Below, piece after piece: positions 56,592 through 64,000 of a stretch of 64,000 bases of DNA; position 1 is the first letter of the stretch, and the number at the start of each line of letters is the position of its first letter. Below the pieces are notes generated by a model. The model worked only from the letters and a program-made list of their open reading frames with translations. It made no database searches and was not told the DNA's origin. The translations under genes were made by a program, and so were the position numbers. The DNA is from Paramecium tetraurelia (Eukaryota), in NCBI GenBank assembly GCA_000165425.1, contig CT868585.1, positions 124,001 through 188,000 on the forward strand, in the 5' to 3' direction.

Positions 56592-58181
56592 ATGTATATA
56601 AACTCTGAGAATTTATTACCAAAATTAGAAGGATAGGCCTTTGGTATTGATATTGAATTTAGCAATAATCGAATCTGTCTTATTTAAATATCTGATGGGA
56701 AGGAAATATATTTATTTGATCCAATAGCTTTGAATTTAGAATAATATATGAGAGAATTTTTTAAAAATGATGCCATAAAAATATTTTATAGTGGTGCTCA
56801 AGATTTGAAATGGTTGAAGAATGAATATTAAATTGTGGTGAATAACTATTGTGATTTAAAAGTGTTAGCTTAAAAAGAGCCAGATTTAAGTTTGATTGCA
56901 TTATGGAAGAAATATTGTGGAGTCTAATTCGAGAGAGAGGATAAAAAAAGATTATAAAAGAGTGATTGGTTTGCTAGACCATTAACTGAAGAATAATTAT
57001 TTTATGCTGCCCTTGATTGTAAGTATCTAGTTGTTCTACGGGAAATTTTATTGTAATAATACACTGAAGAGGAATAGAAAAGCATTCACTTCTCAACCGA
57101 TCTTAAAGAACCTAAACTCTTAAGATATTTAAAAAAATAGTTGGCTGATAATTAAGATGTCTTATTACCATAAAAGATATATAGACATATAAAATTCCAA
57201 GAACCATTTTAAACAGATGATTTAAAGGTGATTGGACTGATTGAATAATTGACTAAAAAGCATCATCAAGATTATCAAGAATAAAAGAGATAAAGATTTT
57301 TATAATTTTAGGAAAAGTTTACTACTCATAAACCTGTTTATAGTAATTGTCGTATTTATAGTTTGAGTGGATAATAGTTATGTTGTTGTGATTAAAAGAA
57401 AATATCCTGGTATGTAAAGAATGGACTCGGAGAATATTTAGATGAAAAGAGCATCAAACTCAATTTTGATCCTGTTTGTGAATTTGATGAAAAAGAAATG
57501 AAATTTTACAATGAGGAAAGGTCCAATAGATGTGTTATTTGTGGTGCTTCTACTAATATATTGAAATACTAAATTATCCCTTATATGTACAAACATTACT
57601 TACCTAATCACTATAAATCTCACAGAGCTCATGATGTTGTGATTCTATGTGCTCGTTGCCACGAAAAAGCCTCAGCTCAACAAGATAAGAAAAGGGCTGA
57701 GATAGCCAAATTGTATGAAGTTCCTTTATAGCATTATGGAGAGGAAAAGTTAGTCGTTGATAAATTGAGTCATGTTCTTAAAAAATATGAGAGTCTGACA
57801 AAAGCAGGTAAGCATTTTGATATGATGCAATATGAAGATATCAGAAATCAATTTAAAGACCTCATCTAATTACCTGCTGAATTTGATAAGTAGGAGTTGA
57901 CAAAAATTAATGATAAATTGAAAAAGGAGTTAAAGAATTCACATGGAGAAGCTGTAGTTAAAAAATTAGACACTGATGAGAAAATCGAAGAATTTATTAT
58001 GATTTTCAGAAAACATTTCTTATCTTCAATGGATCCTTAATTCTTACCTAAAGAATGGGCTATAGATCATAGATTTAAAAGAAATTTTGGCGAGAAATCA
58101 GTTTATTATTAGAAAGAAGAATAGAATGACTAAAATAAATAGGATATCCAACAAATGGATTAGTAATTAATTTAGAAATGA
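56592..58181 (+). CDS. EXD2: 3'-5' exonuclease (DEDDy) with C-terminal HNH-like zinc region, EXD2-like
   Basis: [31 protein letters not shown]...KKISWY...CVICG...[17 protein letters not shown]. Confidence 0.85.
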
Positions 58182-58241
58182 AGGACAATTTTATTAAAAA
58201 TATAAATGTTTGTGTTTAACAATTATATAATTTTATTTATA

Positions 58242-58944
58242 ATGAGATTCATTAGTCAAAATACAACTCCTAAATATGAATAGTAATAACAAATAGTATT
58301 ACCTAATGTCAGAGGGAGGTCTAATACAATGCAATAGAGCAAATAAAAAAATAATTATAATAAATAGCTAACTTTAAATAATGATCATTTCTAAAACACT
58401 GGTAATGAACTAAATTCATCGAGACTGGATAATATATTCTAAATGGAAATTATGACTCATAAATTTGAATAATTAAAGGTTTCCTTATCTCATTCTACCT
58501 AAGGGGATGTTAATAAAACAAATGTAATAAATAGTCAAAAGAAAAAGAAGAAATAAAAGGCTTAATATAATGAATCGAATTATAGAATAAATGAGTATTA
58601 GTTGTTTAAAAAGAAAATAGATGATAATATTTAAACAGAATTAAGATAGATTTAGGAATCGCGCTAAAAACTAATGAAATGTGTCCTCAATACACGATAA
58701 AGAAATATTTCTTTATAATTATATGGAGATGATCTGACGCCTGTGATAACTAACGAGAAGGTCAATCGATAAAATGAAAAAGAAAAAAATTGTAATTATT
58801 GTCTAAAACTTAGTAGAATAACAGCATTTATTAGAGTCTATCAAGAAATAATACACACAGAGGTCTCCAAACGGAAATGCCTATTGCGGTTTAAAAGCCT
58901 TAAGGAAGAGTCAACAAAGTAAAGTATTTAATAAATTATGTTGA
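58242..58944 (+). CDS. hypothetical protein
   Basis: MRFISQNTTPKYEQ...; a 22-nt intron at ~58792-58813 gives the end KVFNKLC-TGA. Confidence 0.55.
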
Positions 58945-59006
58945 CATAAGAGGTCTTTATTGATGATATATTAAATATAGATATTATATTTAAATATTGT
59001 AAAATT

Positions 59007-59390
59007 ATGAGCAGCAGCCAGCAAAACTCAAAATCCATTTCAATCAAAAGTGATCAAAACAGTTTTCGAAATAAATTAAGAAAAACAAGAGATTCTAAAG
59101 CACCCAACCTTAATAATTTAATTTCATTAATCAAGGATGCTGAAATTTCATTAAATTACTTTAAAGAATTCTCGGAGTAAATTGTAAAAACACAATTAGG
59201 AATGTAATAAAACTATAACATGGATAAGTTAAACAATAATAATGAAGAAGTTGGAATTGATCTCTTCGAAAATTATAAAGATAAGATTGATTAAAATGAA
59301 ATTTAATATTCATATAACTAATTTTCAATTGCAAACCAAGAGATACCTTCATAAAACCAATATTAAATGGATGTTCCAACTAAATAATGA
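59007..59390 (+). CDS. hypothetical protein
   Basis: MSSSQQNSKSISIK...VPTKQ-TGA, 127 aa; could be the 3' end of the upstream gene if that intron is retained. Confidence 0.5.
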
Positions 59391-59556
59391 ATTAATAATT
59401 ATCAAATTGTATTAAAAAGGTTTGAGTCAAAGAAGACGTAAACTATGGATTAGGAACAGATTAGGGATTAACAAAATTGTCCTGGATAATTCTGTTTGAT
59501 TTAATACAATTTTATTTAATCCAAAGAATTTATCTTTATTATTTACTATGACATAA

Positions 59557-60925
59557 TCATAATATACAAGGTAGTATTGTAGTTTCGTTAATTTGTCTAG
59601 AGCTTATCTTACGAGAAAAAGGGGATGCTTTTTGTTATAGACTTGGCATGATAATTTATTTTCTAATTTTCTCTTATAATATGCTATTGACGGCAAGTTT
59701 GCTGAATTTGCTCTGCAAATATCCTTCTGACAGTATTTTATTTAGCGAGTTATGATCCTGCTTAAGATTTTGAAGGTCTAGACTATTTAATTGATGATTT
59801 TTATTAATCTTTTGGACTTAATCTTTATAAATACATATCACATACTATTTTATTCATATTAAGATAGTCTAGTTGGGTTTGAATGCAAAGAGTCATTCCC
59901 CCCTCCCAATGTTGCTAACCTTTTACGAGAGGAAGAAACTTATTCATTTTAATTCTATTAATCCTACTTATAGGTAGACTTAGGAAAAATATTTTAATAG
60001 CTCTTGTTTTTTGGGAATTATATTGTTTTTATCAGCTACCCAGCATTTTGAAGAGTAAGTTGGAAATTTTTGAAGCAATTTAATTCTAGTAACTAAGTTG
60101 CTGTTGGTCTTAAAACAGTCGAAACTTATAACATCATTCTTATTAAGTTCTGTAAATCAAATGTGTAAGATTTAGGTAGTTTTTGGTAATATCCTAAATT
60201 ATACAAGTAGACATACCCTTAATCACCTTGTTATAGAGGCCATCCATGTTCTCTGCTTGAAAAGGTAACTTCAATGCTGCCATTTCATATAATACGCAAC
60301 CCAAAGACCAGATGTCTGATTTACAATCATAGGGTTGATCTTTCCATACTTCTGGACTTGCATAGTATGGAGTGCCAGTTTAAGTGTATAGTAAACCCTA
60401 CTTTGCTACTTTAGACACATTCAGGTCTCCCAATTTTACTTCATTGTTTATCAAAAATATGTTTGCACTCTTTATATCACGATGCATCACTTTCATTTGG
60501 TGGAGTGCTTTTAAGGCATTTAGAATTTGAAAAGCATATTTTAAAATCTCTTTTTCTTAGAATTAACTATTTGTTTTGATGTATTTCTATATCTTCTATA
60601 ATAAATCTCCATCAGTGGCAAGTTCCATTACAATACTATATATTATATATTTAAATTTTACCATAAGGAGTTACTGACTGGATCAATGAAGGCTTCTTTG
60701 TAACTAATAATATTTTAATGATGAATTGAAGCAAGAATCCTTACTTCATTTAAGGCATTTTGCTTTTCTTTATCGGATAAGTTAGTTAAATTTACTTTCT
60801 TTAGAGCGTATTCAAGATTGTCTTCTATTCTTCTGACTTTGTAAACATTGGAATAAGATCCGTCGCCTTTGATATCTTAATCTATTACCTAATTTGGATA
60901 TTATTTTAAAATCCTTTAATGACAT
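59557..60925 (-). CDS. NIMA-related kinase (NEK)
   Basis: [53 protein letters not shown]; stop position approximate. Confidence 0.92.
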
Positions 60926-61125
60926 GAATTGTTATCTCAAAATGGAATAATGAATTTGTATATTTTAATAAGTAAATTTTGTTCTCACACAATTAATTTA
61001 TCAATTATTATGAAATGAAATTAATGAAATTGATAAAGAGAGCTAATTAATTCATGAGAACAAATATAAGTGTGATCTTATAGAGTATTTATTAATAAAT
61101 TTGAATAAAATTGATTAATTTTCAT

Positions 61126-62509
61126 TCAACCTAAATTCTTATCGTTCTTTTTCTAATTGTTGTTATTGGTATTGTTTGTTTGTGTTTTGTTTGCACCTTA
61201 ATAAAATCCAGTTTAGCCTCCCTGTAAGGCAGCTCTTTATTAATCGCTCATATGAACAGTCTGAACACCTGCACCATGGATATTGGGATTAAGATTCTAA
61301 AAGGATTTCATTACAAATGTCAACACAGTTCTACCAACCTGAAAATGATATTGTTATAGCTTACCTAAATGGCTATTTTATCCATGCACAACAGGTATGG
61401 AGTTTAAAGTCGAACTAAAGTACCGAATTTACTATTATTATCAACTATAACAAAATTGCCCATTTCATATTTGATAAATGCATGTAATCTTGATACTGAG
61501 ATATCTGATATTCTAATTTCGCATTAATGACCTCGACCTAATTTGATTTAGTCATCTGGAGTCCCTTTGATAAGGTAAATTCCTCTTTAGGCCTTTTTAT
61601 CCTTTTCTGAGATTTATGTGTTTTCAAGGATTATATATGGTTGATTGGGTCTTTCCAAGGCAGCCAAATCTAGCACTTTCCCTTTGAATCTGATTTATTG
61701 TGGCAACAATTCTTTACACACTTCACACTCTAATCTAAGGGATATCAGTATTGGTACTTCTTCCATCTGTAGGAAATTGTGTTGCCGGATTCTTTTTTGT
61801 AGCCTCTGCTTTCTAACCATTGTTTAAGACAATTGAAATGCACGTAAGCACAACTTCCATTGCATTTACAAGGGGTGATAAATGGATCTTCTGGGGTCTC
61901 TTCTTCATTTAAACATATTTTGCACTACTATGTTACATTCCCATCCAAGGAGGGTGTAATTTTGGCTTCTGACTAGAACACATCCTTCACTGTCCTTATT
62001 TGTCCCTTGCTGTCTCTGATTTCAATCACGTGGTATTCAACTCTGCCTAATTTTAGAAGATCCCCCTCTTACAATGTATAACCCTTTACTGTAATAAATA
62101 TTAATACCTTCTAAACACCGTCGGCATTTTTTAAACTACGAACGATTAAAAAATTTTCATTTTCTGCTGAGTTTTGATTCGGTTGAATAAAATATTAGTC
62201 TGAATATTAATAATTTATATACCTCCCTAAGCTTAAATGGATGTTAGAGGTAAGTTTGCTTCATCCTTAGCCTTTCCATCTTGTATAACTATTTCATTCT
62301 CTATTATAATAATAACACTTTCAAACCTTCTCTGCTGACTTTGCATGATCCTTCAACCCTATGTTTTTTAACGCTTAAAGATTTCGTCTCATAATCAAAC
62401 AATCCGTGAGAATCCTTTTGCCAAGTAACAGCTTTCATTTCCACACTACATATATAATGATTATTTACTAGTTCTTGTTCTTCGATATAAAAGGAAGAGT
62501 AGTTGTCAT
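61126..62509 (-). CDS. FHA-like - RING-CH (RINGv) - FHA protein
   Basis: TWQKDSHGLFDYE, GDLLKLGR, CKICL...PCKCNGS...HFNCLKQW...CEVC, LGRGHQCEIRISDISVSRLHA...NSKFGT. Confidence 0.9.
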
Positions 62510-62618
62510 TTATTCTTAGTTTTTTTTTGATTTAATATATATTATTATTCATTTTAAAAACTCATTTCTACCTCAATATTAATATCATCTCGTCATTATA
62601 ACTTGTTAATTTGCAATT

Positions 62619-62862
62619 CTCAAAGCTCAGTCCCATCAAAGCAAAAACCTTTGAAGTCATGCTCCCTCCAATATTTTCCCATAGCTAAATACCCTCTCAC
62701 TACACCACCCTTTGAAATAACTACCTAAACTAGTGTGATAATGCAAAATCAAATAGTAGTCCTGCGATTTGAGAAGGAAATTATAATAAAATATCATATT
62801 TCCATAATATAGACAATATGGAACTAATTTGTTTGTAGGCTATGGGAATTGATGGCTTTGAG
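62619..62862 (-). ncRNA. candidate structured non-coding RNA / cis-element of unknown family
   Basis: Nested inverted repeats of 8, 7 and 10 bp plus several internal stems; the wobble pairs are G-U only on the minus strand. Confidence 0.5.
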
Positions 62863-63108
62863 TATTTTAGATAAATTATTCTGATTTGATCAATTTTCAT
62901 TATGAAAAATGTGATAATTTAAAATTTATTTTCTAAAAATAGGTTATTAGATTTGTCATTCCAAATTACAATGTCACAAGATTACCATTTATTTATGATA
63001 TCTAATATTTGATAGTCGAAAATCAAATCGAAATTATTAAGAATAAACAAAGTACTAATGGACTATATTTAACTTAGGTTTCAATATTGAAAATTTAATA
63101 TTTAATTA

Positions 63109-64000
63109 ATGGGATCTCAATGTTGTTCTGCTCCCTAAAACCAATAAACCATCGAATTGATCATAGATGTCAAAGGAAGTTTTCACTCTTAAACACTAAA
63201 AAACCTTAATAGCAATTAAATCATAGCGTAAAATGGTAATGAAGGGCTAAAAGACCATGAGGAGAGTTTCGAACTGATGGGAATTAGTCCTAAACTTGTT
63301 TTGGGTGGAGAAGACAAAGGTCAAGAAAAAAGGAAAGCGTTAGTGCAGTAAGATGAAAGTAAAAATTACTCATTTATCTCGAGAATCTTTAAAGAAGGGC
63401 GAAAAGAGGAAAGAGTCGGTGTCATCGGTCGGAACTTTAAAACTTGGAGTGGAGGTTTTTGTGAATCTCAAACAAGGGAACATTCACAAATATTATGTTA
63501 CAGGAGAGGTTTTAGGGGAAGGATCCTATGGGAAGGTTTGGAAGGTGACTCATAAGAACAGTGGTAAGAAATGTGTGTGATTAAAAGGAATGGTGAGAGC
63601 AATGAAACAGCTTAAGAAAAGCTCTTTGATACTTGAAGAATAATAGAGACTTTTTGCAGAGGTGAATATACTAAGAAATTTGGATCATCCTCACATAGTC
63701 AAATTATATGAGCTATACTAAGATGAGTAGAATTACTATTTGATTACTGAATATTTGTCTGGAGGAGAGTTATTTGACAGGATAAAGAAGATGAGTTACT
63801 TTAGTGAAAGAAAGGCTGCATCTTTTATGAGAGACATATTGTCTGCAGTTGTTTATTGTCATGAACAAAACATAGTTCATAGAGATCTAAAACCAGAAAA
63901 TATATTATTTGTTAATGAATCCATAAATTCGACATTAAAAATAATTGATTTTGGAACTTCTAGAAAGTATTATGCTGATAAAAAAATGACTAAAAAACTT
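63109..64000 (+). CDS. calcium-dependent protein kinase (CDPK-like), runs off window end
   Basis: MGSQCC acylation signal, LGEGSYGKV, EVNILRNLDHPHIVKLYE, GGELFD, HRDLKPEN, KIIDFG. Confidence 0.9.

Overview
AT-rich, gene-dense ciliate nuclear DNA, most consistent with a Paramecium macronuclear chromosome. The ORFs read only with the ciliate code (TAA/TAG = Gln, TGA = sole stop) and are split by 20-35 nt GT-AG introns, so the supplied standard-code ORF track is fragmentary. Manual re-translation gives about 40 protein genes. These include an ABCA transporter, a CaMK-like kinase, a CNBD K+ channel, mini-antigens, DCP1, E2F, ATP synthase subunit d, an ERK7/MAPK15, U1A/U2B'', UFL1, a CDF transporter, a GH31 glucosidase, an ODA docking-complex subunit, UMP1, COQ4, EXD2, a NEK, an FHA-RINGv protein and a CDPK. 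There is also one tRNA-Glu(TTC) and a frameshifted mini-antigen pseudogene. Three candidates stand out as possibly undescribed: (1) a ~245-nt multi-helix structured-RNA element at 62619-62862; (2) a NADAR-FHA-RRM fusion gene whose NADAR conserved acidic residues appear substituted; (3) a stand-alone Rnl1/Trl1-like RNA-ligase gene next to the tRNA. All family calls come from motif recognition by eye, not from database searches.
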